From an uncultured Clostridia bacterium (GTDB taxonomy: Bacteria > Bacillota > Clostridia > TANB77 > CAG-508), in contig CALXJP010000043.1 of assembly GCA_944388655.1 (NCBI GenBank), forward strand, positions 1-32,000: a stretch of 32,000 nt of DNA, written 5' to 3'. The notes beneath the pieces are model-generated. The model had not been told where the DNA came from. It made no database searches and worked only from the letters and a program-made list of their open reading frames with translations. The position numbers and the translations under genes were made by a program. Below, in pieces: positions 1 to 10,679 of this stretch. Positions within the stretch are counted from its first letter, which is position 1, and every line of letters starts with the position of its first letter.

Positions 1-115
1 CTTTAATGGTTTCTTCTGGTTTCCAAATAAGAATAATACCTAAAATAGCAAATATAGCAGATATTAATATAGAAATCCATCCCGATTTTTTCAATATTTT
101 TTGTAAATAATCCAT
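1..115 (-). CDS. small membrane protein, N-terminal fragment (gene runs off the window start)
   Basis: ATG at 115-113 lies 8 nt after AGGAGG (revcomp of 124-129). It translates to MDYLQKILKKSGWISILISAIFAILGIILIWKPEETIK with one hydrophobic helix and stays open to the window edge. Confidence 0.45.
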   Translation of the reverse strand, partial: MDYLQKILKKSGWISILISAIFAILGIILIWKPEETIK

Positions 116-309
116 TTGCATTGCCTCCTTACTTTTTATTTTTTCTTCCATTTTATCACTCAACATATATATAGTCAAACATATTTTTAAAAATGTATTG
201 ATTTCTAGCTAAAAACGTGCTATAACCTAACTACTAGGAGTATGAATTCATATTCTTTTATTTACTAAAAAAGAAATATGCTTTTTCTATGCATATTTCT
301 TTTTATATT

Positions 310-1848
310 TTATTTTGTTATTACTGCATATTCGCCAAATATTTTGACTTGTTTATTTTCTAAATCATATTGTGCTAAGTCTTTTTCATATACAATATAC
401 GCTTGCTTTTCTGTCATGGAATTAATTCTATTTTTTATTTCCTCTTCATCTGTGATTTCTTGTATTTCATGATTGTCTATTTCTTGTTGATATCGTACAT
501 ATGTTGTTAATGTTCCATCATGAATTGGATTTGCATAATATAATTCTTCTTTGTTGATATCTCCTATATATTCTACTGCATCAATATATCCTCTTGAGAA
601 ACATCCAGACATATCAATTCTTTTATTCCAATGTGTAAAAAATACTATATTATAAAGTACAAATACTACTGTATATATTCCTATAACACTATATATGAAT
701 TTCTTTTTTCCCTGCTTTGTTTTCAATTTTTGATAACATGCGTTGATTCCTACTATTATAATCATGAGCATAACATACCATATAGAATTTAAGCGGTTGA
801 TATTAGCAGAATTAGTGAAAAGTCCTGTTAATAAACTCATAATCAGCCAAACTTGCATCATACGAATGCCCACATTATTTTCTTTTTTTCTTGTTTTAAA
901 GAAATAGATAAGTCCAATAATAAAAAATATAAGTGCAAATCTATATGTTGTTCCAAAATATGGAGTAGCATTCCATTCTAATCCATCAAATTGTCCAAAA
1001 ATCACGCTAATTATACAGCCTATGTTTACTATTGCTTGATAGAATATATTTTCTTTTGTAAAGAATAACATATCAGAAGTTCTAGAATTCATATCAAAAT
1101 ATTGAATTGTCATTAGTCCTATTTGTATGTCTTGTTGTATTTTAAAAGCATTGATAAAATACATAACATAAATTGGCCAAGAAATCAGTAAATACATTAC
1201 AATACTTATGATTAATTCTTTTATAGTAATTTGCTTTTTTCTTATACCATAAATTGCCATAATTATTAAGAAAATTGGTACAAAATAAACAGATACTCCA
1301 TAAGTATACATAGTAAGTCCAAAGAATATCATAGAAATATATAAAAACCATTTCTTTTCTGTAAAACCTCTGTATAAAAAGTACATAGAAAATAATAAGA
1401 AATGTGGCATCATGTTACAGTCAATTGACCATATAGATTGTAACATATGCCATGGGCAAATAGATACTATTGCCATAGATAGCAAACCTATTTTTTCACT
1501 TTTGAATATACGTTTCATCAAGTCATAAAATACAATAATTCCTATTATGCTAATAACGAGCATTGGCAGTCTTACGGAAAAAATAGATATGCCAAAAATT
1601 TTTATACAAATGGCCATTAAGTACATAAGCATTGTACTTTGTCCCATACTTCCCCAAGCCTCTAAATAAACTGGGAAACTCGTACCATTAGCATCCTTTC
1701 CTGTTTCACTAATAGATATAGCATTAATAGCTGTCATCATTTCATCACAGTTTACTTGTGATATAGCGTTTGGCCATAGAAATAACCTTGTTCCTACTGC
1801 TACTAAAAAAATAATTACCCAACATATAATTTTTTTCTTTTTTTCCAT
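310..1848 (-). CDS. polytopic membrane glycosyltransferase (GT39 / PMT_2 / ArnT-like)
   Basis: 512-aa ORF with more than 10 predicted hydrophobic helices. The N-terminal region (LFLWPN..DE..) resembles lipid-carrier-dependent glycosyltransferases, and there is a soluble C-terminal domain. Function is inferred from family resemblance only. Confidence 0.6.
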   Translation of the reverse strand: MEKKKKIICWVIIFLVAVGTRLFLWPNAISQVNCDEMMTAINAISISETGKDANGTSFPVYLEAWGSMGQSTMLMYLMAICIKIFGISIFSVRLPMLVISIIGIIVFYDLMKRIFKSEKIGLLSMAIVSICPWHMLQSIWSIDCNMMPHFLLFSMYFLYRGFTEKKWFLYISMIFFGLTMYTYGVSVYFVPIFLIIMAIYGIRKKQITIKELIISIVMYLLISWPIYVMYFINAFKIQQDIQIGLMTIQYFDMNSRTSDMLFFTKENIFYQAIVNIGCIISVIFGQFDGLEWNATPYFGTTYRFALIFFIIGLIYFFKTRKKENNVGIRMMQVWLIMSLLTGLFTNSANINRLNSIWYVMLMIIIVGINACYQKLKTKQGKKKFIYSVIGIYTVVFVLYNIVFFTHWNKRIDMSGCFSRGYIDAVEYIGDINKEELYYANPIHDGTLTTYVRYQQEIDNHEIQEITDEEEIKNRINSMTEKQAYIVYEKDLAQYDLENKQVKIFGEYAVITK

Positions 1849-1933
1849 TGATTTTCTCCTCTTTTTATTTCTTTTCTTATTATATAAAGTTTACTTTTTG
1901 TTGTAAAGTTTTTTCTTAAATTTTTGTATTATA

Positions 1934-1963
1934 AAAACCAAGAACAGGAATATTCTTGGTTTT
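1934..1963 (-). terminator. rho-independent terminator after the ABC-2 permease gene
   Basis: The stem AAAACCAAGAA (1934-1944) pairs with TTCTTGGTTTT (1953-1963). On the minus strand it is followed by a U-rich tract. Confidence 0.6.
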
Positions 1964-1969
1964 CTCTTT

Positions 1970-3127
1970 TTATTTTGAGAATAATACTTTCTCTGATTTA
2001 TATTGTTTAATAATATATGTTAATACCATTGCTATATAAATAATGGTAGAAATAATCATAATAGCAATATTAAAATAATCTATATTTCCATTGCAAAGGT
2101 CTGTAAAAATGACAGTATAATTTAAAAATGGAATAAGAGAAATAATAGGGGTACCTACAACGCCCATCATAAAAGCTATCATTCCTGGGAAGAAAGATAT
2201 AAATGTCAATGGTGTTAATGCACTTTGTGCTTCTTTAAATGTTTTTGATGTACTAGCTATAGCAATACATAGTCCACTAATAAAGAATGAATACATAACG
2301 ATAATAATTACCGCTATTAGCATACTAATTGGTGAAAACATAACATCTACACCTTCAAAAATGGTAAACATATTTTGTGCCATTATTAAAGAAATAATTG
2401 CTAATAAAAAGCTGATTACTCCTGTAACAATAGAGGAAATACTAACTCCTAAAAATTTTCCTACAATTATATCTTTACTTTTTATAGGAAAGGTTAATAA
2501 AGTTTCTAATGTTCCTCTTTCTTTTTCCTCTGCTGTTGTATCTGTAGAAGGATATGTTGCTGAAACTGTGATTGCCATAATAATGAACAAGAATGCATAG
2601 CTTCTAATGTAATTCGTAAAGTAATTTTCTTGCTGAGAAACCTCTTCTTTTACTGTAATAATATTTAATACTTCTTCTGCATTTATGCCATTTTCTTGTA
2701 AATAATTTTGCTGTAATATCTGTTTATATGCATTAAAATAGTTTTCCATTAAACTAGCTGCATATGTACTAGTTTCTGACCCATCACTATGTAAAGTATA
2801 TTCTTTATCTTGCTTGGTTATATATAGTTGAATTTCACCATTTTCATATTTTTGTTTTAATTCCTCTTCATTTGCTTGTGTTATTCTAATTTGCATTTGC
2901 TCTGCTAATTGCATTTCTTGTTCTGTTAAATCATAGGCAAAACCAATACAATTATATTCTTCTATTTCTTTATTGACTTGCATTTCAAATAAAGCAGACA
3001 TTCCTAAAATTAATAATGGTATAAATATCGGTATAACTAACATCATGGCTAAAGATTTTTTATCGCGAAATAATTCTCTTAGTTCTTTTTTTAATATATT
3101 CCCTAAATTATTCTTCATCTGCAACAC
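1970..3127 (-). CDS. ABC-2 family transporter permease (NatB-like)
   Basis: 385-aa ORF with an N-terminal TM helix, a large extracytoplasmic loop and a C-terminal cluster of about 5 TM helices. It overlaps the upstream ATPase gene by 20 nt, which suggests translational coupling. Confidence 0.7.
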   Translation of the reverse strand: MLQMKNNLGNILKKELRELFRDKKSLAMMLVIPIFIPLLILGMSALFEMQVNKEIEEYNCIGFAYDLTEQEMQLAEQMQIRITQANEEELKQKYENGEIQLYITKQDKEYTLHSDGSETSTYAASLMENYFNAYKQILQQNYLQENGINAEEVLNIITVKEEVSQQENYFTNYIRSYAFLFIIMAITVSATYPSTDTTAEEKERGTLETLLTFPIKSKDIIVGKFLGVSISSIVTGVISFLLAIISLIMAQNMFTIFEGVDVMFSPISMLIAVIIIVMYSFFISGLCIAIASTSKTFKEAQSALTPLTFISFFPGMIAFMMGVVGTPIISLIPFLNYTVIFTDLCNGNIDYFNIAIMIISTIIYIAMVLTYIIKQYKSEKVLFSK

Positions 3128-3866
3128 CTCCTATCATTTTAAAAAATGCATCTCTTAAATTTGTTGTTTTTGTTTCTTGTTTAATTTCCTCTGGTGTTCC
3201 TGCTTGAATAATAATACCTTTATTTAACATCACTACTTTATCACATATATTTTCTGCTTCTTCCATATAATGTGTAGAATACAATATGGTTTTTCCTTTT
3301 TGTTTCTCTTTTTTCATAAATTCTAATATAATTTGACTAGATATAATATCTAATCCAGTAGTTGCTTCATCTAAAATATAATATTGGGGATTATGGATTA
3401 AGCATCTAGCTATATTAACTTTTTGAGTCTGTCCTGTTGATAAATTTCCAATTTTATTATATAAAAAGTTTTCCATTTTTAACATTTTACCTATTTCTTG
3501 TATTCTACTTTCTGCTATTTCTTTTGGTACATTATATATATCTGCACACATTTTTAGTAATTCATAAGTAGATAATGTATCATATAATTTTGTATTTCCT
3601 GATAAATAAGCGATTTTTTGTTTAATTTCTATTTCATTTTTTGCATACGTTAGTCCGTCAAAAGAAATACTTCCTTCTGTTGGCTCTAATATTCCTGCTA
3701 TCATTCTTAAAAGAGTAGTTTTTCCCGCTCCGTTTGGACCTAGTATTCCAATAATTTCTCCTTCTTTTGCCTCAAAAGAAATTCCATTATCTGCATAAAA
3801 CTCTACTTTTTCTTTTTTGTTTTTATACCTAACAAATTTCTTTTTTATGTTTTCTACTTGAATCAT
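3108..3866 (-). CDS. ABC transporter ATP-binding protein (NatA-like)
   Basis: Contains Walker A GPNGAGKTT, ABC signature LSTGQTQK and Walker B YILDEATTGLD. Confidence 0.85.
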   Translation of the reverse strand: MIQVENIKKKFVRYKNKKEKVEFYADNGISFEAKEGEIIGILGPNGAGKTTLLRMIAGILEPTEGSISFDGLTYAKNEIEIKQKIAYLSGNTKLYDTLSTYELLKMCADIYNVPKEIAESRIQEIGKMLKMENFLYNKIGNLSTGQTQKVNIARCLIHNPQYYILDEATTGLDIISSQIILEFMKKEKQKGKTILYSTHYMEEAENICDKVVMLNKGIIIQAGTPEEIKQETKTTNLRDAFFKMIGGVADEE

Positions 3867-3966
3867 AAAAAATCCCCTTTCTTGTTAATTTTGGTTATTA
3901 TAACATAGTAAGGAGATTTATTCTATACTTTTGACCAAGTCGTTTTTGTATATTTGCTTATTACAT

Positions 3967-4629
3967 TTATACTATTTTTCCGTCTTCCATTTTTATAATT
4001 CTATTTGCCTCTTTTGCAATTTCCATATTGTGTGTAATCATAATAATTGTTTGTTTATATTCTTGATTTGCTTTTTTTAATAGTTGTATAATTTCATTAC
4101 TAGATTTAGAATCTAAATTACCCGTTGGTTCATCTGCTAGGATAATGGTAGGATTAATAATTAAAGCTCTTCCTATTGCTACCTTTTGTTGCTGTCCCCC
4201 AGATAATTCATTTGGCAAATGTGTTTTTCTATTTTCTATATTTAAAAATTTCATAATTTCCTCTAGTCTTTTTCTATCTACTTTCTTTTTATCTAATTCT
4301 ATTGGTAGTGTTATATTTTCTTGTACATTCAATGTAGGTATTAAATTATAAAATTGATAAATAATTCCTATTTTTCTTCTTCTTAATATGGTTAATTCTT
4401 TCTTTTTCATTTCATATATATTTTTATCATAAAAGAAAACTTTACCTTCTGTTGGTTTTTCTAGCCCTGCTATAGTATGTAACAAAGTGGATTTTCCACT
4501 ACCCGAAGGACCAATTATAGCAATAAATTCTCCTTCTTCTATTTCAAAAGATATATGATTTAATGCAATAACTTTTGCTTCATTTTTTCCATATATTTTA
4601 CTTAAATTTTCTACTTTTATAATTTTCAT
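3967..4629 (-). CDS. ABC transporter ATP-binding protein (MacB/LolD/FtsE type)
   Basis: Contains Walker A GPSGSGKST, signature LSGGQQQKVAIGRAL and Walker B ILADEPTGNLD. It is paired with the FtsX-family permease upstream. Confidence 0.85.
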   Translation of the reverse strand: MKIIKVENLSKIYGKNEAKVIALNHISFEIEEGEFIAIIGPSGSGKSTLLHTIAGLEKPTEGKVFFYDKNIYEMKKKELTILRRRKIGIIYQFYNLIPTLNVQENITLPIELDKKKVDRKRLEEIMKFLNIENRKTHLPNELSGGQQQKVAIGRALIINPTIILADEPTGNLDSKSSNEIIQLLKKANQEYKQTIIMITHNMEIAKEANRIIKMEDGKIV

Positions 4630-4650
4630 TGATATTTCTCCTTATACAAT

Positions 4651-6915
4651 TTACTCATTCTTGATAGTCCTTGATGAATATGTTGTTATAACTATAGCTA
4701 TGAAAAATAGTAATACCAAAAATACTAATATTTCTCCAAAAGGTATTAATAATTGCTCAGTAACAATCATATTCTGCATATATTTTATAATGGCATATAT
4801 GATTGGTATTGATAAAATAATAGATATCATTAGTGCTTTTATTAACATATAGATACATTCAAAAATTAAAATTTTATTAATGTTTGCTTTTGTTGCTCCT
4901 AGACTATGTAAAATGGTAAAATCTTGTTTTCTTTCATATATACTTGCGCTAATTATATTGATTGTACTAATCATTCCTATAATTAGTATAGCTAAAATGA
5001 AAATTCTTAGAATAAGATGTATGATTTCAATATACATGATTTTCTTTTGATTATTTAAGGAATAATATTCTACATGAAATTCGTCATTTAATTTTTGTGC
5101 AAGACTTTCTATATAATTTGAAAATCCAACTATATTGTTACATTTTATCTTTACAAAAGTTAGATTACCAACTTGAGTCATCCATCCAGAATAATTTTTT
5201 AGCTCCTCTTCTATTTTATTATACTCTTCTTTATTTACAAAAATAGTAGGATTTTGTTCTATTTGGATATCTTGAAATCCTTCTACTAATTTATCTGTCA
5301 ATATTATTTTTTTATTAAAACTTTCATTATCTATCTTTTCATATTTGGCAATATACAAATTTAAGTCTTCATCAACATATTCAAAATTCTGTTCTACAAT
5401 GTTTAGTTTTAAAGGATAGCCTTCTTTAAATGGTTTGGAAAAAATATATTTTGTTTCTTTTTCATTAAGAAACATTGTTGTTGTATTATTATAGATTATC
5501 CAATCTCCCTCTTTTCCATTTACTTCTTGAACATATTTTTTATATGTTTCGTTATCTAATCCAATAATACGCATGTCTATACCTACTTTTCCATCTTCAT
5601 ATGTAGTTACTTGATTACTAGGTATTAATGCTTCTGTTGGCTCAACTAAAATATGTGGTCCCATCTCTTTATATTCTATATATTCTATTTTATCATTATA
5701 CTGTATTTCATAATTTCTCAATATAGATTTATAATCTATATTCATTGATGTAATTGTTAGCTTGGCATCAACATCATATCCCGTTACTAATTCTGCTGTT
5801 TTTTCTTCATAGTTAATATATGTACTAATTGTTATGTATGACGTCATACAAACTACTAGTAGTATCGTGATTACTCTGTACTTATTTTTCATTCTTTTGA
5901 TATTTTTTATTGCCAATTTTCCTTCTATGGGAAGTATTTTTGGTAAAATACCTTTTTTCTTTTTATATTTTATTTCATTATTATTTCTAATACCTTGAAT
6001 TACAGATGCAGTACTTGCTTTCACACTTGGAAGTAATGCTGAAATATATAAATTAATTATAATTATTAATATAGATGCAAGACAGTAGGGAATATATAAT
6101 ACAAGTTTAAAAACATATCCTGTATTCATTATTATATGGTTTAATAAATTTAAAATTATATTTGCACATAATACAGATATTGCTCCTCCTATTATAATTC
6201 CTATTATTCCCATTATAGCTATTTCTGTAAATAGCATTTTTAATATTTGTCCTTCTGTAGCGCCAACACTATTTAATATAGCGTATTCTTTTCTCCTTTC
6301 ATCTATTGTTATTAAAAAAGAGTTATACAATACAATTATAAATAATATAGAAAAAGCTACTACTATTAAAATTAACATTATATTTAAAGCATAAGAATAA
6401 TTTAATCTTGCTTTACATACTAAAGAACCACCTTCTTGAGTAATCCCCATATCTATTAATCCATATATCATGAGTAAATTTTCGTTAAAACTACATTTTT
6501 GTGCCATTGTTATAGTAGATATTCCTATTTCCTTAAGTATTTGTGTTGAATATTCTTCTGCTTTTCTAATATCCGTATATTGAATATATATATTGATATT
6601 ATTTGTATTAGTAAGGTTATCTTTTTCTGTTAGTTCTCTTAAATTTTGTGTTTCATTTTCTTGTATGTAAATTTTTTCAACATATGGTTTTTGCTTGATT
6701 TTATTAATATCTTCTATATTTACATCCTTTATAATAAAGCTATAATCATTGTGATTGGCTTTCCTATTTTCATCAATACCACTTTTTATACTAGATACCA
6801 TTAACATAGTAGTAAATAGTAAAATTGAACATAATATGATGGATATAATAGTAAATAACGTCCTTTTTCCATATTTTTTTAGATTATTGAATGCCAGTTT
6901 TATTTCTATATTCAT
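4651..6915 (-). CDS. FtsX-family ABC permease with duplicated FtsX domains
   Basis: 754-aa ORF with two blocks of 3-4 TM helices (around aa 170-300 and 630-750) separated by a large soluble domain. This is the usual architecture of MacB-type permeases. Confidence 0.75.
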   Translation of the reverse strand: MNIEIKLAFNNLKKYGKRTLFTIISIILCSILLFTTMLMVSSIKSGIDENRKANHNDYSFIIKDVNIEDINKIKQKPYVEKIYIQENETQNLRELTEKDNLTNTNNINIYIQYTDIRKAEEYSTQILKEIGISTITMAQKCSFNENLLMIYGLIDMGITQEGGSLVCKARLNYSYALNIMLILIVVAFSILFIIVLYNSFLITIDERRKEYAILNSVGATEGQILKMLFTEIAIMGIIGIIIGGAISVLCANIILNLLNHIIMNTGYVFKLVLYIPYCLASILIIIINLYISALLPSVKASTASVIQGIRNNNEIKYKKKKGILPKILPIEGKLAIKNIKRMKNKYRVITILLVVCMTSYITISTYINYEEKTAELVTGYDVDAKLTITSMNIDYKSILRNYEIQYNDKIEYIEYKEMGPHILVEPTEALIPSNQVTTYEDGKVGIDMRIIGLDNETYKKYVQEVNGKEGDWIIYNNTTTMFLNEKETKYIFSKPFKEGYPLKLNIVEQNFEYVDEDLNLYIAKYEKIDNESFNKKIILTDKLVEGFQDIQIEQNPTIFVNKEEYNKIEEELKNYSGWMTQVGNLTFVKIKCNNIVGFSNYIESLAQKLNDEFHVEYYSLNNQKKIMYIEIIHLILRIFILAILIIGMISTINIISASIYERKQDFTILHSLGATKANINKILIFECIYMLIKALMISIILSIPIIYAIIKYMQNMIVTEQLLIPFGEILVFLVLLFFIAIVITTYSSRTIKNE

Positions 6916-6983
6916 ATACTTTTCTCCTAAATTATTTTATTTATAATTGCATTTCAATACTATTGTCTATATATTTTTTATAA

Positions 6984-7010
6984 AAGGGAGCTCAAATTTC
7001 AAGCTCCCTT
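6984..7010 (-). terminator. rho-independent terminator after the 7083-7562 gene
   Basis: AAGGGAGCT (6984-6992) pairs with AGCTCCCTT (7002-7010). The minus-strand RNA continues with UUUUAUAAAAAA. Confidence 0.65.
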
Positions 7011-7082
7011 AAATAAAACATTAATATGCAAGTGTTTTTTATTTATTTAGAAATTTTTACCTTGTTTCTTTGCTTCTATTTT

Positions 7083-7562
7083 TTAATGATAGAAATACAA
7101 ATTTAAACCTTTAATTCCACTTTTAGATACAAAAGTAATCTTAACATCATAATTTCCTTTTGGCAGAGATCCTACCCAAGTTAAAGAACCTAATTGATTG
7201 TTTGCAGTTGCTGTTGCACTGCGTACTTCTCCAGTAACTTGGTTAGTAAGACTAAATACTACTATTCCAGATCCTCCTGTTGTACCAATATTCCACTGTA
7301 CTTGACTTGCACTTTGGGATAGTGATACTGTTCCAAGATATTTGTCTTTTGATAATGTCCCTGAGTAGGAAAAATGTTGGAAATAATTTGAGGCCCGCTG
7401 AATTCCTTCCTCTACATCTTTTGTGGTTTCTAGGTTTTCATCTGATACTACTATACTATCAGTATCAAAAGTTCCCTCCGCAGCCATTACCTGCATCCCA
7501 GAAGTTACTAACATAACTACCAATAACATGGTAGTTGCAATTGCTCTTAAATGTTTTTTCAT
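7083..7562 (-). CDS. secreted hypothetical protein
   Basis: 159-aa ORF with a signal peptide (MKKHLRAIATTMLLVVMLVTSGMQVMA/AEG) and a Ser/Thr/Gly-rich, beta-like mature part. It is visibly richer in G+C than its neighbours. Confidence 0.65.
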   Translation of the reverse strand: MKKHLRAIATTMLLVVMLVTSGMQVMAAEGTFDTDSIVVSDENLETTKDVEEGIQRASNYFQHFSYSGTLSKDKYLGTVSLSQSASQVQWNIGTTGGSGIVVFSLTNQVTGEVRSATATANNQLGSLTWVGSLPKGNYDVKITFVSKSGIKGLNLYFYH

Positions 7563-7818
7563 TTTTTCCTCCTGTCGTTAATTGCACATTCATGTTTATT
7601 TCTTCCTACGTATTTATTTCTGAAATAATTATAACATTTTTTTTATTAATTTCAATGCTTTTTCTTTATTTTTTGTTATTTTTTTCATATATTATTATTT
7701 ATTTTACATTATTCGACATTTTTCTACATTTTTTTCTTTTTTTCTACAAATTCTAAATTTTATAGCACATCTTTCTTTTTTCTCTTAAATAATTATACTT
7801 ATTAAACCTCCCCCATTT

Positions 7819-8568
7819 TTATTCATTTTCTATATTCCCAAACTGTATCTTAGCTGATTGCCTTATTTCATCGTCACTTTGAATAGAAACATTATGAGGA
7901 AGAATGTATTGATTTTTATATTTTATGTAACTTTTTATTATAAATTGTGGATATGACATATAATCTATAAATTCTATTATCATTTCTGTTGCATCTATCA
8001 TTTCTTCATAATTATTTACTTCAATGTATGTTTCAAATTCTAAAATCCAATTTTCTTGTGTATCCCAACCATATGTACAATCTTCATAACTTTCTTCAAC
8101 AGTAAATTTACTTTTATTAGGACTATCCCATCTATCAAAAAAATATTGATAGATTCTTGCATCAGCATCTTGTTTAAAGGTTTCATCCTCTCTTTTCGAT
8201 ATTGCATGAATTTCTAATTCTGGTATTTCTTTAATTTTATAAATAAAAAAGCCATTACCTGTTATATCTGATTTCACTATTTTTTCCTCAAAATCTATTA
8301 AATAAATACTTTTTAAATTATTAATTCTAGCTAGTTTATATTTCATTTGTATAAAATTAGCCCAACAACTTCCTAAAAGAATAATAATTAAAATTATGCT
8401 CATTATAATTACGATTTTTTTGATATTTTTTCTTTTGCTTAGCGTTTCTTTACTTGTTTTTCTTTCGAATTCATGATATATATCAAATCCATATTTTTCT
8501 ATCGTATCTGATTTTTCTTTTTGTGTAAAGTCTTCAATTTCTTTCCAATCACTGTTATCTTTCAACAT
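7819..8568 (-). CDS. single-pass membrane hypothetical protein
   Basis: 249-aa ORF with a charged N-terminus of about 50 aa, one TM helix (IVIIMSIILIIILLG) and an acidic C-terminal domain. I recognise no family. Confidence 0.55.
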   Translation of the reverse strand: MLKDNSDWKEIEDFTQKEKSDTIEKYGFDIYHEFERKTSKETLSKRKNIKKIVIIMSIILIIILLGSCWANFIQMKYKLARINNLKSIYLIDFEEKIVKSDITGNGFFIYKIKEIPELEIHAISKREDETFKQDADARIYQYFFDRWDSPNKSKFTVEESYEDCTYGWDTQENWILEFETYIEVNNYEEMIDATEMIIEFIDYMSYPQFIIKSYIKYKNQYILPHNVSIQSDDEIRQSAKIQFGNIENE

Positions 8569-8791
8569 TTTTCTTTGTATGATATATTTAATTCTTTAAA
8601 TAACCATACCCCTCCTCTTTTCCCTTTTTCATTTTCTTCTTTTGTGTAAAAGTATATCATAAACTCTACTTTTCTTCAATAATTCATTTATTTTCATATG
8701 TAACCTATAGTTATATACCGTTCAACAATCTATGAATTTTTTATACAAAAAATAACTTACAACCTTTACAAGTTTGCAAGCTATTATAAAT

Positions 8792-8867
8792 TGGTGCGCC
8801 ATAGAGGGGTCGAACCTCCGACCTTGTGATTAAGAGTCACCTGCTCTACCAACTGAGCTAATGGCGC
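8792..8867 (-). tRNA. tRNA-Lys (anticodon CUU), CCA encoded
   Basis: The reverse complement GCGCCATTAGCTCAGTTGGTAGAGCAGGTGACTCTTAATCACAAGGTCGGAGGTTCGACCCCTCTATGGCGCACCA folds as a cloverleaf with anticodon loop CTCTTAA. Confidence 0.9.
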
Positions 8868-8957
8868 ATATATTTATGAAATTCACTTACTTATTATAGT
8901 ATCTTTTCTTACTTCTGTCAATAGTTTTACGTAAAATCCCATCATCTAAAATATTCC

Positions 8958-8987
8958 AAAAGAACCTTAAAGGTTTAAGGTTCTTTT
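8958..8987 (-). terminator. terminator overlapping the VanW stop codon
   Basis: AAAAGAACCTTAA (8958-8970) pairs with TTAAGGTTCTTTT (8975-8987). Confidence 0.55.
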
Positions 8988-10529
8988 GTTCCCTTTCTTA
9001 TGATTCTATCTAATGCACTATAGGTGTCTCTTGAAATTTCTTCTCTAGATACTTCAATTCCATCTTTCTTTAAAATTTTATAAGTGACACTTTTTGCTCC
9101 ATTTGTTCCCATTTGTTCAATTTGTTCAACGCCCTTTTGTAAAGTATCATCTTCTATATAATTTACCTGATAAGGAATTTCCTCTAAAATTTCGCTCCTT
9201 AATTCTACATCATATTCTTCTGGCTCTTGTATACCATAAATTTCTACAGTTACAATTCCATTACTCACCTTTGATGTTACTTTTATTGGATATTTTCTCG
9301 AATTTTTAAATTTAAAATCTATCGTTCCCCAAGATACTGTAGCATCTCTTCCTGCATCTACATAAGATGTTAAAAATCTATGGTTACTTCTACTTACAAT
9401 TTCCAAATTAGCATATAATACTGCATTATATAGGGTAGAAGATAATTGGCAGATTCCTCCACCTATTCCATCAACTACTTTTCCGTTTTCGTACACAGCT
9501 GCTTCTTTATATCCAGCGGCTATGGTCCTTTCTCCTACAATTTGGTTATAGGAAAAAATTTCTCCTGGTAACACAATTGTTCCATCTATTTTTTCAGAAG
9601 ATAATTCTAAATTATTACTTCTATTTTTATTGCTAGCATCATATCTTGTAGAGAATTTTGCTAATTGCTCTGGAAATGCTTCCTTTCCTAATTCCATTAA
9701 GGTTACTTCTGGCTCTGTAATTTTTAAGGGGATTGTATATTCTTCTTTTTCTTCTTGCAATAGTTCTTTTGCTTCTTCTATAGAAATAGCAAAGTCTATG
9801 CCATTTACTTCTGGATGTACTTGCATTTCCTCTGTTTCCTCTATATATGCATTTTCTGGCTCTTTATATATTTCATTATGTATTTTTTCTATATCAATAC
9901 TTTCTACTATACTTTGTTCACAAGGAATTTGAATCACATTGGTTTCCGTAGATTTTATAGCTTGAATTATTTCCTCTTTTAATTTTTCTTCATTTACTAC
10001 TAAACCTGTTTTTCCTTTTTTAATAATTAATTGATTTCCTTCTATATAATAATTATTCTCTACTTTCGCATTAGGTAGTTTTCCTTCCATTTCTTCTATA
10101 ATTTGATTTAATTTTTCTTCATCTATCTGTACACCGTATTTCTATGTTTTTACCAAATATATATGTGAATAAAATTTGATAATTATCTTGCAGAATATTA
10201 CCTGTTTTCCCTATTTTACAAGCTTCTAATAATTTTTCTTGTATGTCAGAGGAAAAATTTAATTCTGCTACAGATATATTATCTGAAAAATCTTGATAAC
10301 GTAATTCTATTGTATGATTTTTTTCTTGTTCTAACCATTCTTGCACTTTTTTTGTTGCTTCTTCTTGCGTTAAGCCTCCCACATGGATACCATTAATTTG
10401 AATTCTCGCAACAATTTTATCACTACCAAAATTAAGCATTGCAAACATAATGGAAACTATAATTCCTATAATTGCTACTATCATAATAATGATTATAGTT
10501 TTTTGGCTTTTTTTCATTTTATCACCCAC
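8975..10529 (-). pseudogene. VanW family protein (TM anchor, PG-binding-like region, VanW domain, G5-like C-terminus) interrupted by a +1 frameshift
   Basis: ORF 10119-10529 ends ..FGKNIEIRCTDR*. The frame of ORF 8975-10090 is open upstream to 10141 (KYGVQIDEEKLNQIIEEMEGK..). The two frames join if one base is skipped between 10141 and 10122, for example the C of the in-frame CGG at 10134-10136. Confidence 0.75.
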
Positions 10530-10679
10530 TATAACTATATTTCTTTTGTTGCATTCATATTAACATATATGCCTTTTTTTTACAAGGTAATTTTTTGATA
10601 CTTTTTTACATTTACTTGTAGACAAAAATTACTTTTTTATATATAATGAATAAAAATATTGTTGAAAGAGGTCGATTTT

